A stretch of DNA of 64,000 nt, from the NCBI GenBank assembly GCA_021811185.1, contig JAJZPL010000016.1, positions 1 through 64,000 of the forward strand. Direction: 5' to 3'. Of this stretch, positions 1 through 11,871 are shown in pieces. This DNA comes from a bacterium. Its GTDB lineage: Bacteria > Elusimicrobiota > Elusimicrobia > Elusimicrobiales > UBA9959. A program made the translations under genes and the position numbers. Position 1 is the stretch's first letter, and the number at the start of each line of letters is the position of its first letter. The notes below the pieces were generated by a model that was given only the letters and a program-made list of their open reading frames with translations, had not been told where the DNA came from and ran no database searches.

Positions 1-43
1 CTCTAAGTGAATCTTTAACAAGCAGGCTTGTTCCTGCCGGAGG

Positions 44-187
44 GGCGACCGGGGGACCGGGTTAGCAAAACCCTCGTGAGCCTGCCGCTTGCGTAAGCGC
101 GGCAGGCGAATGTGGAGTGAGGCCACGGTGTGGCCGAACGCGTTTTGCGTTCCGGTCCCCCGGCTGCCCCGACTTCACCTCTCGCGT
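44..187 (+). repeat. Structured repeat copy A (~110-nt hairpin 51-161 plus CCGACTTC tail), immediately upstream of the nrdG-like gene
   Basis: Closing stem gggggaccgg(51-60)/ccggtccccc(152-161); inner gcaaaac/gttttgc pairing; core motifs gcttgcgtaagcg and ggccacggtgtggcc; near-identical to the reverse complement of 58195-58338. Confidence 0.75.
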
Positions 188-230
188 TCTTATGCAGGAA
201 CATTCCTGCTTAAAAAAAATTTCTTCTTAT

Positions 231-956
231 ATGAAAATAGGCGCGGCGCTCGGCTTTAACTTAATAGACTACCCCGGCAAAATAGCCGCCGTAGCCTTCG
301 CGCCCGGCTGCAACTACAGCTGCCCCCACTGCCACGCCAAACCCATCCTCGGCGCCGCCGCCCCCATCAACGAAAAAGACTTCTTCAACTATTTAACCAC
401 CGTGCGCGACTGGGTCAGCGGCGTCGTCATCTGCGGCGGCGAACCCACCCTCCAGCCCGACCTCTTAACCTTCATCCGGCGCCTGCGCGAAGCCAACCTC
501 GCCGTAAAACTCGACACCAACGGCAGCAATCCCGCCGTGCTCGCCCGGCTGCTGGCGGAAGAACTTGTGGATTACGTAGCCATGGACATAAAAGGCCCCC
601 GGCACCTCTGGCCCAACCTCACCGCCAACCCCGGCGCCGAAAACGCCATGCTCGAAAGCATGCAGCTCGTAACCAGGTTCCCCACTTACGAATTCCGCAC
701 CACCGTAGCCCCCGTGCTCCGCGGGGGGGAAGATATCACTTTTCTCACCGTGCCCGAAATGAGCGCCGCCGCCAAAATGCTGGTGGAAGTAACCGGCGGC
801 AACACCCATAAATACTACGTACAGAAATTCGTGCCCAGGAAAGACGGCTTGGTGGACGCGCGCCTTGAGAGTTTCCCCGAAACCCCCGTCCAGCTGCTGC
901 AGGACATCCACGCCGAAGTTTTAAAGTACATCCCCAACACCCAGTTAAGAGGCTGA
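231..956 (+). CDS. nrdG: Radical SAM activating enzyme, anaerobic ribonucleotide reductase activase (NrdG/PflA-like)
   Basis: CNYSCPHC (CxxxCxxC) motif; GGEPTLQPDL glycine-rich SAM site; ATG at 231; the upstream part of ORF 117-956 overlaps the repeat element and is rejected. Confidence 0.7.
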   Translation: MKIGAALGFNLIDYPGKIAAVAFAPGCNYSCPHCHAKPILGAAAPINEKDFFNYLTTVRDWVSGVVICGGEPTLQPDLLTFIRRLREANLAVKLDTNGSNPAVLARLLAEELVDYVAMDIKGPRHLWPNLTANPGAENAMLESMQLVTRFPTYEFRTTVAPVLRGGEDITFLTVPEMSAAAKMLVEVTGGNTHKYYVQKFVPRKDGLVDARLESFPETPVQLLQDIHAEVLKYIPNTQLRG

Positions 957-957
957 T

Positions 958-1401
958 ATGAGCAAACTCGAAATAGCGGTACAGAAACTTTCCCCCGAAG
1001 TAAAAATGCCCGGCTACGCCCACGAAGGCGACGCCGGCCTGGACCTGTACTCCACCATCGACCACGTTTTACAGCCCGGCGCGCGCGTGCTCATCCCCAC
1101 CGGCCTCAAGATGGCCATCCCCCACGGGTACGAAGGCCAGGTGCGCCCGAAGTCCGGCCTCGCGCTGAAGCACGGCATTACCGTGCTCAACACCCCCGGC
1201 ACCGTGGACGCCCCCTACCGCGGCGAAGTCGGCGTCATCCTTATAAACCTGGACCCCAAAGCCGCCTACGAAATAAAGAAAGGCGAGAAAGTGGCCCAGA
1301 TGGTCTTCAACAAGATCGAATACGCGACGTTCAAGGAATCGGCGGAACTCGCCGAGACCACCCGCGGCGCCGGCGGCTTCGGCAGCACAGGCAAGCACTA
1401 A
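958..1401 (+). CDS. dut: dUTP diphosphatase
   Basis: Typical Dut motifs (AGLDL, PTG, GxVD, RSGL, RGxxGFGSTG); starts 2 nt after the nrdG-like stop. Confidence 0.9.
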   Translation: MSKLEIAVQKLSPEVKMPGYAHEGDAGLDLYSTIDHVLQPGARVLIPTGLKMAIPHGYEGQVRPKSGLALKHGITVLNTPGTVDAPYRGEVGVILINLDPKAAYEIKKGEKVAQMVFNKIEYATFKESAELAETTRGAGGFGSTGKH

Positions 1402-1429
1402 TAGACGGGAACTATCCGGAGGAACTTTA

Positions 1430-4219
<2,790 letters not shown>

Positions 4220-4237
4220 CGCCGGCCCGGTCCTGAA

Positions 4238-4270
4238 AAGCCGCGCGCTGGGGCGCGCGGTTTTTTTTAT
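4238..4270 (+). terminator. Rho-independent terminator after the M16 peptidase gene
   Basis: gccgcgcgc-tgggg-gcgcgcgg hairpin followed by T8. Confidence 0.7.
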
Positions 4271-4287
4271 TCCAGATCCCTGCTACC

Positions 4288-5841
4288 ATGAAAAAAATAT
4301 TCCTGACACTGGCTCTTCTTGCCGTTTTTTCGGGGCTTCACGCGCGGGCCCTGACCGTCGCCGTCTACCATACCTCGGACGCGCACGGCTGGTACTCCGC
4401 GCGGCCGGCGCGGTGGGATAACGAAAATCCCGCGCGCAGCATCGGCGGTTTCGCGGCGCTCTCGGCGCTGCTTAAAAAGGAGACCACCCCGTATGTCCTG
4501 CTGGATTCCGGCGACATGTCCCAGGGCACTCCGGAGGGCATTCTCACCAAGGGCATGGCCAGCATAGCGCTGATGAACCAGCTCGGCTATTCCGCCGCGG
4601 TCCCGGGCAACCACGATTTCGATTACGGCGAAGCCAATCTTAAGGTGCTGGTCTCCAGCGCGGCTTTCCCTTTCCTGGGCGCCAACGTGTATTCCAAGGC
4701 CGCCGGCGGCCGCGTCGCTTACCTTAAGCCTTACGCGATCCTCGAAAAAGGCGGCCGGAAGATAGCCGTGCTGGGCCTGCTCGGCCGGCATACGGCCACC
4801 TCCACCCTGCCGTCCAACGTGAAGCACCTGGATTTCCGCGAGGAGGCCGCCGAGACCGCCAAATGGCTCCCGGAGATAAAGCGGCAGAACCCCGACGCGG
4901 TCATCGTGCTCACGCACCTCGGCCTCAGCGAGGACCTGAGCCTTAAGCGGGTGGATATCTCCACCTGGACCTTCGACCCGCCGCCCTTCGGCACGCTGAT
5001 GATAGCGCGGGCGGCGCCCGGCGTAGACCTGGTGCTGGGCGGGCATAACCACGCCGCGCTGCTGCGGGGCTACCACGACCCGGTCTCCGGCGCCTGGCTG
5101 GGCGAAAGCGGCTACGGGCTCTCTTACGTTACCAGGGCGGAGCTGAATTTTAACGACGCTACCGGCAAGCTCGAGGACATTAAGGTGAACGTTCTCCCGC
5201 TCTGGACGGACCAGACCGGCCAGGACCCGCTGGTGCTTAAGACCATAGCCGGTTTTAACGCCCAGGTGGACCGCGAGATGGGCCGGGTGATAGGCCGCGC
5301 GGCCTCCGGCCTGGGCGCCGCTCCCGACGGCCTCGATTCGCCCATAGGCGGCTGGCTGTGCGACATAAGCCGCAAGGCGACGGGCGCGGATATGGCTTTT
5401 CATAATACCAAGGCTTTAAGGGCTGAGATAAAGAAAGGCCCGGTGCGGCTGCGGGATATCTTCCAGGCGATGCCGTTCGACAATACCCTCATCACCATGA
5501 GGCTGAACGGCGCGCAGCTCAAGCGCCTGATGGCCGACAACCTGCGCGGCGGCTGGAGCGCCGTCCAGGTCTCCGGCCTGCGGGTGAAGTTCAGGCCCGG
5601 GCCAGGCGGCAAACCCTCCGAAATACGTCTCGAGCGCAACGGGCGCGAGATCAAGCCCGGGGAAGAATTCCTGGTGGCCACCAACAACTACCTGGCTTTC
5701 GGCGGCAACGGCGGCGGTGTTTTCTCCGAAGGCAGGGATATTAAAGACACCATGCTCCCCGTGCGGGACGTGATGATAAAGGCTTTCTCCAAAGGCCCGG
5801 TAAAGGCGCCGGAACACGGCAGGATAAGAAGGCTCAAATAA
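4288..5841 (+). CDS. Secreted 5'-nucleotidase / calcineurin-like metallophosphoesterase (UshA-like)
   Basis: Signal peptide; DAHG...GDxxQG...GNHDFDYG metallophosphatase motifs; C-terminal 5'-nucleotidase substrate domain. Confidence 0.8.
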   Translation: MKKIFLTLALLAVFSGLHARALTVAVYHTSDAHGWYSARPARWDNENPARSIGGFAALSALLKKETTPYVLLDSGDMSQGTPEGILTKGMASIALMNQLGYSAAVPGNHDFDYGEANLKVLVSSAAFPFLGANVYSKAAGGRVAYLKPYAILEKGGRKIAVLGLLGRHTATSTLPSNVKHLDFREEAAETAKWLPEIKRQNPDAVIVLTHLGLSEDLSLKRVDISTWTFDPPPFGTLMIARAAPGVDLVLGGHNHAALLRGYHDPVSGAWLGESGYGLSYVTRAELNFNDATGKLEDIKVNVLPLWTDQTGQDPLVLKTIAGFNAQVDREMGRVIGRAASGLGAAPDGLDSPIGGWLCDISRKATGADMAFHNTKALRAEIKKGPVRLRDIFQAMPFDNTLITMRLNGAQLKRLMADNLRGGWSAVQVSGLRVKFRPGPGGKPSEIRLERNGREIKPGEEFLVATNNYLAFGGNGGGVFSEGRDIKDTMLPVRDVMIKAFSKGPVKAPEHGRIRRLK

Positions 5842-5887
5842 TATAGAATTTGGTTGGACGTGAAACGGTATTTCTCTAGGGAGGCTT

Positions 5888-7978
5888 ATGTCATTCGACG
5901 CTGTGCTTAACTTGTTCCTTTCGGGCGGCATGGGTTCGCTGCTGGGCGCGCTCATCCTGGCGGGGTTCGTCGTGGTGCTGATGAACACCTTCGTGGTGGT
6001 GGGCGGCGCGCAGATGGCCGTGCTGGAACGCCGCTGGTTCGGGCGCGACATGCCGCTCGGCCGCGTGGTGGCCATGCCCAACGAAGTGGGCATCCAGGCG
6101 CGGATACTTCCGCCCGGCCTGCATATGCTGATCCCGTTCCTTTACCGCGTGGAGAAATACCCGATGGTGACCATCGGCGAGAACGAGGTGGGCCAGGTGG
6201 AATCCGTGGACGGCCTCCCGGTGGCGCCCGGCAAGATCTTCGGCCCCGTCACCGAAGGCCACGACCTGTTCCAGGAAGGCGAGCTCTTCCTGCGCAACAA
6301 CGGCAGCAAAGGGCCGCAGGTGCAGATCCTGCCGCCCGGCATCTACCGCATCAACCCCTACCTGTTCAAGGTGGACAAGGTCTCCATCATCAAGGTTCCC
6401 AACAACCAGATAGGCGTGGTGGTGGCCAACGACGGCCAGCCTATGGCCCCGGGGCGTCTGCTCGGTAAGAAGATCGAGGGCCACAACAACTTCCTGAACG
6501 GCCAGGCGTTCCTCGAAAAAGGCGGCCAGAAAGGCCCGCAGATCGACATCCTGCTGCCCGGTTCCTACCGCATCAACTCCAAGCTGTTCAGCGTAGTGAT
6601 CAAGGACGCCACGGTGGTGCCCACCAAGAAAGTGGGCCTGGTGACCGCCCGGGACGGCGCGCCGCTCCCGCTGGGCGAATACGTGGCCAAGAGCATCGAG
6701 AGCACCGGCGAGTTCCAGGACGGCGCCATGTTCCTCGCCAATGGCGGCCAGCGCGGCCCCCAGTTCGACTTCCTCAAGCCCGGCACCTACTACATCAACC
6801 CCATGATGTTCGACGTCACCCTCGACGAGGTGCTGTTCGTGCAGCGCGGCGAGGTGGCGGTCATCGTCTCCAACATCGGCAAGGACCCCGTGTCCGTGAT
6901 GCCGAAAGTGAGCGAGGACGGCACTACCGCCACCGAAATGGTTAAGATGGGCGTGGAGCGCTACGTGGTGGAGCCCGGCTACCGCGGCATCCAGCGCGAA
7001 GTGCTCGGGCCCGGCACCTATTACCTTAACAAGCTGGCGTTCACTCCGCATATCATCCCCACCACCAATATAACCATAGACTGGGCGGAGCAGAAGTCGG
7101 AAGGCAATATGCCGCTGGTCTTCAACCCGCTGGCCATCGTCTCCAAGGACGGCTTCGAGATGACCGTAGAGGTGAAGGTCATCCTCAGGGTGCAGCCGCA
7201 GCAGGCGCCCCACATGGTGGCCCGCATCGGCACCATCCAGAACCTGATCGAGGCCGTGATCCACCCGCTGGTGGACAGCTCGTTCAGGAACCAGGCCTCC
7301 TCGTCGGAAGCCATGATGTTCATGCAGGACCGCCACGAGCAGCAGCGCAAGGCCGAACAGCACGTGGTGGAAGAGCTGGAGAAATACCACGTGGAATGCG
7401 TCAGCGTGCTGATCTGCCAGATCAAGCTGCCCGAGCGCCTGATGCAGACGCTCACCAACAAGGTGGTGGCCACGCAGCAGAAATCCATGTACGACGCGCA
7501 GCAGGAGGCCGAAGGCCGCCGGCGCGAGATGGAAAAGACCAAGGCGCAGGCCGACCTGCAGCCCAACCTGGTGAAGGCCGAGATCGACGTGCAGATCGCC
7601 ACCCAGCAGAAGCAGCAGTCCATCACCCTCGCCGAGGGTAAGGGCCAGAGCACCCGGCTGGAGCAGGAAGGCATCGCCGGCGGTATCGAGGCCGTAGGCC
7701 GCGCCGAGGGCGAGAAGATCCGCGCCATCGGCCAGGCTACCGCCGAGGCTTATACCAAGCAGGCGCTGGCCCTGGGCCAGGCGCCCCTCTCGATGATCGA
7801 GATCATGAAGCGCGTTTCCGAGGGCAGGATCAAGATCACCCCGGACGTGGTGGTGAACGGCGGCGGCGCGGACGGCGGCAACAACATGCTTTCCGCCTTC
7901 ATCGCCAGCCTGATGGCCAACGGCATGAAGCTGGTGAAAGACGACGCCGCGGCCGGTAAACCCGGAAAGCAGGCCTGA
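5888..7978 (+). CDS. SPFH/band-7 (flotillin-like) protein with N-terminal TM segment, three tandem ~60-aa repeats and a C-terminal coiled coil
   Basis: TM helix; three repeats of the G-VVA-DG-P-APG...EGH-F-G-FL--GG-KGPQ--IL-PG-YRIN-LF-V pattern; band-7-like core (ITIDWAEQ...VEVKVILRV); Ala/Glu/Gln-rich coiled-coil tail typical of flotillins. Confidence 0.6.
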   Translation: MSFDAVLNLFLSGGMGSLLGALILAGFVVVLMNTFVVVGGAQMAVLERRWFGRDMPLGRVVAMPNEVGIQARILPPGLHMLIPFLYRVEKYPMVTIGENEVGQVESVDGLPVAPGKIFGPVTEGHDLFQEGELFLRNNGSKGPQVQILPPGIYRINPYLFKVDKVSIIKVPNNQIGVVVANDGQPMAPGRLLGKKIEGHNNFLNGQAFLEKGGQKGPQIDILLPGSYRINSKLFSVVIKDATVVPTKKVGLVTARDGAPLPLGEYVAKSIESTGEFQDGAMFLANGGQRGPQFDFLKPGTYYINPMMFDVTLDEVLFVQRGEVAVIVSNIGKDPVSVMPKVSEDGTTATEMVKMGVERYVVEPGYRGIQREVLGPGTYYLNKLAFTPHIIPTTNITIDWAEQKSEGNMPLVFNPLAIVSKDGFEMTVEVKVILRVQPQQAPHMVARIGTIQNLIEAVIHPLVDSSFRNQASSSEAMMFMQDRHEQQRKAEQHVVEELEKYHVECVSVLICQIKLPERLMQTLTNKVVATQQKSMYDAQQEAEGRRREMEKTKAQADLQPNLVKAEIDVQIATQQKQQSITLAEGKGQSTRLEQEGIAGGIEAVGRAEGEKIRAIGQATAEAYTKQALALGQAPLSMIEIMKRVSEGRIKITPDVVVNGGGADGGNNMLSAFIASLMANGMKLVKDDAAAGKPGKQA

Positions 7979-7991
7979 GTTTAACAGGCGT

Positions 7992-8024
7992 AAAAAAACC
8001 CGGCCGACTGGCCGGGTTTTTTTC
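7992..8024. terminator. Bidirectional rho-independent terminator between the convergent flotillin-like gene and pepO
   Basis: A7-cccggcc-gact-ggccggg-T7. Confidence 0.8.
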
Positions 8025-8055
8025 TTTGTCCGGCCTTTGGCCGGAGCTCGGGAAG

Positions 8056-10074
8056 CTACCAGACTCGGCAGGGCTTGACGGCCGTCATGGCCTGGCCTTT
8101 GCGGCAGCCGAAAGCTTCGGAGAATTCCGGCATGTTCACCGCTACCCCGTTCACCCGGGTGATGGCCGGGGGATGCGGGTCGCTCAGCACCAGCATGCGC
8201 AGGGCGGCGTCGGTGTAGTTGGTGCACCAGACCTGGGCCCAGCCCAGGAAAACCCGCTGCTGCTGCGTGAAGCCGTCCACCGGCTTTGCCGGCTTGATCA
8301 CGGACTTCTCGTCCAGCGCCATCAGCGCCAGCCGCAGGCCGCCGTTGTCGGCGGTGTTCTCGCCCAGCGTCAGCTTGCCGTTCACCGGCAGGTTCCCGTT
8401 CACGGTGAAGCTGGAGTACTGGTCCACGAAGCAATTGCTGCGGGCCTCGTACTCTTTGGCGTCGGCCGCGGTCCACCAGTCGGACATGTTGCCCTTGGCG
8501 TCGAACTTCCTTCCCTGGTCGTCGAAGCCGTGGGTGAGCTCGTGGCCTATCACGCCGCCGATGCCGCCGTAGTTCATGGCCGGGTCCAGGGCCGCGTTAA
8601 AGAAGGGCGGCTGCAGGATGCCGGCGGGGAAGTTGATGCTGTTCATCATCGGGTCGTAGTAGGCGTTCACGGTGGGCGCGCTCATGTCCCAGTCCCCGCG
8701 GTCCACCGGCTTGCCGATCTTCGCCAGTTGCCGGCGCGTTTCGAAGTTCTTGGCGCGGAGGAAGTTGCCCAGCCAGTCGCCGCGCTTCACTTCCAGCCCG
8801 GCGTAGTCGCGCCACTTGTCGGGGTAGCCCATCTTGTTCTCCACTGCGGCCAGCTTCCGCTGCGCCAGCGCGCGCGTTTTGGCGTCCATCCAGTCCCGGC
8901 CCTCGATATCCCTGGAGAGGGCCTTTTCGATATTGCCCACCATCTCCATGGCGGCCGCCTTGGCCTTGGGGCTGAAAGCCTTCTCCACGAAGCGGCGGCC
9001 CAGCAGGTCGCCCAGGCCGTAGTCTGCGTAGTCCGCGCAGCGCTTCCAGCGCGGGCGCAGTTCCCGCGCGCCGCCCAGGGTCTTGCCGTAGAAGTCGAAG
9101 TCCTCGTCCACGAAGGCCCTCGAGAGCAGGTCCGCCCTGGAATTGAGGAGTTTCCAGCTGAGGTAGGTTTTCCAGTCTGCCAGCGGCGCGGTGCGGATCA
9201 GCGCGCTCGCTTTCTTCAGGAAGTCCGGCGAAGCCGCGTTGATGGCCGTAATTTCGGGCGCGCCGGCGGCCTTGAAGAAGCCAGTCCAGTCCATATCCGG
9301 CGCCAGTTCTTCGAGGCCTTTCACGTCTATCTTGTGGTAGGTCTTTTCCGGGTCGCGGCGCTCCACCTTGTCCATGGAGGCCCGGGCCAGTTCAGTCTCG
9401 AAATTCATGGCCGCGGCGGCCGCCGCGGAGGAAGCGGCCTGGTCGTAGCCGGCCAGCGCGAAGAGCTTCTTCATGTGTTCTAGATACTTGGCGCGCATTT
9501 CCGCGGAAGCGGCGTCGGTCCTAAGGTAATAGTCGCGGTCGGGCAGGCCCAGGCCGCCCTGGTCTATTTCGGCTATCACGCTGCTGGCGTCCTTGTAATC
9601 CTGCCCGGAGCCGAAGCGGAAGAAGGAGGAGACGCCGCGCGCGTAAAGGCGGGCTATTTCCGCGGAAACGTCCCGCGCGTCCTTCATGGCCGCTATATCG
9701 GCCAGGTCCTGCCTTAGCGGTTCCGCGCCCAGCGCGTCCACCGCTTTTTCGTCCATGCAGGAGGCGTAAAAATCCCCCAGCTTCCTGTCCTCTTCCGAAC
9801 GCTTGCCGGACGGGGCGGCGGCCTGGTCCAGGATGCCGCGCAGGATGGCGCGGTTATTCTCCGCGAGCTCATTGAAGCGGCCCCAGTCGGACTGGTCCGC
9901 GGGAATAGGGTTATTGGCCAGCCAGCCGCCGCAGGCGAACTGGTAAAAGTTCCCGCAGGGGTCGGCCTTTCGGTCGACCGAGGCGGCAACGGCGCTGGCT
10001 GCGGGCGGTTCCGCGGCCGCGGGGGCGGCAGGCAAAAGCAACAGGAGAAGCAGGGGGAGGTTTCGCATAGGCAA
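8056..10074 (-). CDS. pepO: M13 family zinc endopeptidase (PepO / neprilysin-like), secreted
   Basis: Signal peptide with Leu run; HELTHGFDDQG (HExxH) zinc motif; downstream ENxADxGG; 672 aa. Confidence 0.85.
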   Translation of the reverse strand: MPMRNLPLLLLLLLPAAPAAAEPPAASAVAASVDRKADPCGNFYQFACGGWLANNPIPADQSDWGRFNELAENNRAILRGILDQAAAPSGKRSEEDRKLGDFYASCMDEKAVDALGAEPLRQDLADIAAMKDARDVSAEIARLYARGVSSFFRFGSGQDYKDASSVIAEIDQGGLGLPDRDYYLRTDAASAEMRAKYLEHMKKLFALAGYDQAASSAAAAAAMNFETELARASMDKVERRDPEKTYHKIDVKGLEELAPDMDWTGFFKAAGAPEITAINAASPDFLKKASALIRTAPLADWKTYLSWKLLNSRADLLSRAFVDEDFDFYGKTLGGARELRPRWKRCADYADYGLGDLLGRRFVEKAFSPKAKAAAMEMVGNIEKALSRDIEGRDWMDAKTRALAQRKLAAVENKMGYPDKWRDYAGLEVKRGDWLGNFLRAKNFETRRQLAKIGKPVDRGDWDMSAPTVNAYYDPMMNSINFPAGILQPPFFNAALDPAMNYGGIGGVIGHELTHGFDDQGRKFDAKGNMSDWWTAADAKEYEARSNCFVDQYSSFTVNGNLPVNGKLTLGENTADNGGLRLALMALDEKSVIKPAKPVDGFTQQQRVFLGWAQVWCTNYTDAALRMLVLSDPHPPAITRVNGVAVNMPEFSEAFGCRKGQAMTAVKPCRVW

Positions 10075-10096
10075 AGTATATCTTTTTCTCCCGGGA

Positions 10097-10131
10097 ATAA
10101 AAAAACCGGAGGCTATCCTCCGGTCTTTTTA
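10097..10131 (-). terminator. Rho-independent terminator downstream of pruA
   Basis: ccggaggctatcctccgg hairpin with flanking A7/T-rich runs. Confidence 0.65.
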
Positions 10132-10145
10132 AGTGGTCTTGGAAC

Positions 10146-11777
10146 CTATTTTTCCAGCATGAACGGGTAGCCGTAGCTGTGCGGCGGCACGAAGGTCTCC
10201 TTGACCGCGCGGGGCGAGGCCCAGCGCATCAGGTTCAGCAGGGAGCCGGCCTTGTCGTTGGTGCCGGAGCCGCGCGCGCCGCCGAAAGGCTGCTGCCCCA
10301 CCACCGCGCCTGTGGGCTTGTCGTTGATGTAGAAGTTCCCGGCCGCGTTCTCCAGCGCGTCCGCCGCCCGCAGGATCACGGCGCGGTCCTGCGCGAAGAT
10401 GGCGCCGGTGAGCGCGTAGGGCGAGGTTTCGTCGCAAAGCTTCAGCGTCTCCTCGAACTCCCCGTCCTCGTACACGAACACCGTCATTACGGGTCCGAAG
10501 ATCTCCTCCTGGAGGGTCTTGAACTTCGGGTTGGAGGTCTCGATCAGCGTGGGCTGGATGAAGAAGCCTTCGGAGTCGCCGCAGCCGCCGCCCGCCAGTA
10601 TTTTAGCGTCGGAGGCCTGTTTGACGAAGTCGATATAGCCCTTGACGTTGTTGAAGGCCGCCTTGTCGATCACGGCGTTCACCAGGTTGGTGAAGTCCTC
10701 CGCCGGCCCCGTCTTTATGCCCTTTATCTGGGCGACGAGGTCGTCCTTGATGGCGTTCCACACGGAGCGCGGGATATAGGCGCGGCTGGCCGCGGAGCAT
10801 TTCTGCCCCTGGTATTCGTAGGAGCCGCGGATGATGGCGGTCTTCAGGGCTTCGGGGTCGCAGGACTCATGCGCGAAGATGAAATCCTTGCCGCCGGTCT
10901 CGCCCACGATGCGCGGGTAGCTCTTGTACCTGCCGAAGTTCTTCACTATGGAGGACCACATGCCGTTGAACACGGCGGTGGAGCCGGTGAAGTGCAGGCC
11001 CATGAAGTCCGGGCTGTCGATAACGGGGTTGCCCACTTCCCCGCCGGAGCCGGGTACCATGTTGATCACGCCGTCCGGGAGGCCGGCGGCCTGGAGCAGG
11101 CGCATCACCTGGTAAGCGGAGTAGACCGCGCTGGAGGCGGGTTTCCACACCACGGTGTTCCCCATAATGGCGGGTGCGGTGGGGAGGTTCCCCGCTATGG
11201 CGGTGAAGTTGAAGGGCGTGACCGCGAACACGAAGCCTTCGAGCGGCCGGTAGTCTACGTAGTTCCACACGCCGCGCGGCGAAAAGGGCTGCTGCGCGTA
11301 GATCTGCTCGGCATAGAAGGTGTTGAAGCGCAGGAAGTCCGTGAGTTCGCAGGCGGAATCTATTTCGGCCTGGTAGGCGTTCTTGGACTGGCCCAGCATG
11401 GTGGCCGCGTTCAACTGGGCGCGCCAGGTGGTGGAAAGCAGCTCGGCCGCTTTAAGGAAGATGGCGGCGCGGGCCTGCCAGGGCATGGCGGCCCAGGCTT
11501 TGCGGGCGGCCGCGGCGGCTTCTATGGCCAGCTGCACTTCTTTCGGGCCGGCCTTGTGGAAGCGGCCTATCACTTTCTTGTTCTCGTGGGGGACGACTAT
11601 GTCCGCGGTGCGGCCGGTGCGTATTTCCCTGCCGCCTATCACCAGCGGGATCTCGATCACTTGGGCTCGCAGTTCGGTCAGTTTGGCTTTAAGCTCCTTG
11701 CGCTCGGCGCTGCCCGGGGCGTAGTTCAAGACGGGTTCGTTAACCGGTTTAGGGACCTGGAATATGGCGTTCATCGG
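10146..11777 (-). CDS. pruA: 1-pyrroline-5-carboxylate (L-glutamate gamma-semialdehyde) dehydrogenase, aldehyde dehydrogenase superfamily
   Basis: ALDH catalytic Cys context (GQKCSA) and ETGGKD glutamate motif; P5CDH-like N-terminus; start preferred at MNAIFQ (11777); the track ORF extends to 11849. Confidence 0.75.
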   Translation of the reverse strand, partial: PMNAIFQVPKPVNEPVLNYAPGSAERKELKAKLTELRAQVIEIPLVIGGREIRTGRTADIVVPHENKKVIGRFHKAGPKEVQLAIEAAAAARKAWAAMPWQARAAIFLKAAELLSTTWRAQLNAATMLGQSKNAYQAEIDSACELTDFLRFNTFYAEQIYAQQPFSPRGVWNYVDYRPLEGFVFAVTPFNFTAIAGNLPTAPAIMGNTVVWKPASSAVYSAYQVMRLLQAAGLPDGVINMVPGSGGEVGNPVIDSPDFMGLHFTGSTAVFNGMWSSIVKNFGRYKSYPRIVGETGGKDFIFAHESCDPEALKTAIIRGSYEYQGQKCSAASRAYIPRSVWNAIKDDLVAQIKGIKTGPAEDFTNLVNAVIDKAAFNNVKGYIDFVKQASDAKILAGGGCGDSEGFFIQPTLIETSNPKFKTLQEEIFGPVMTVFVYEDGEFEETLKLCDETSPYALTGAIFAQDRAVILRAADALENAAGNFYINDKPTGAVVGQQPFGGARGSGTNDKAGSLLNLMRWASPRAVKETFVPPHSYGYPFMLEK

Positions 11778-11835
11778 GGCGACCTCCGTTAAAGTCTTCC
11801 TGTAAATGGTAACAATTCGCGGCATATTAGTATAA

Positions 11836-11861
11836 TTCATAGTGTTCATAGCGATTATGAA
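11836..11861. promoter_or_regulatory. Candidate LysR-type operator (inverted repeat TTCATA-N14-TATGAA) in the pruA/lysR divergent promoter
   Basis: ttcatagtgttcatagcgattatgaa; AT-rich spacer between divergent starts. Confidence 0.4.
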
Positions 11862-11871
11862 CCAAATTCAT

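Noticed and set aside
117-230. N-terminal extension of the nrdG-like ORF
   Set aside because: It covers the structured repeat copy A. NrdG homology and a sensible length start at the ATG at 231.
5891-8476. 861-aa minus-strand ORF and similar long antisense ORFs (2333-4090 -, 8026-9483 +, 10179-11792 +, 13652-15301 -, 20995-22738 -, 31410-32345 +, 33918-35129 +, 36606-38810 -, 38483-40624 -, 49655-51082 -, 59645-61303 +)
   Set aside because: They lie antisense to genes with clear homologues. Their translations are Arg/Gly/Ala/His-rich low complexity with no motifs. Long stop-free antisense frames are expected at >65% GC.
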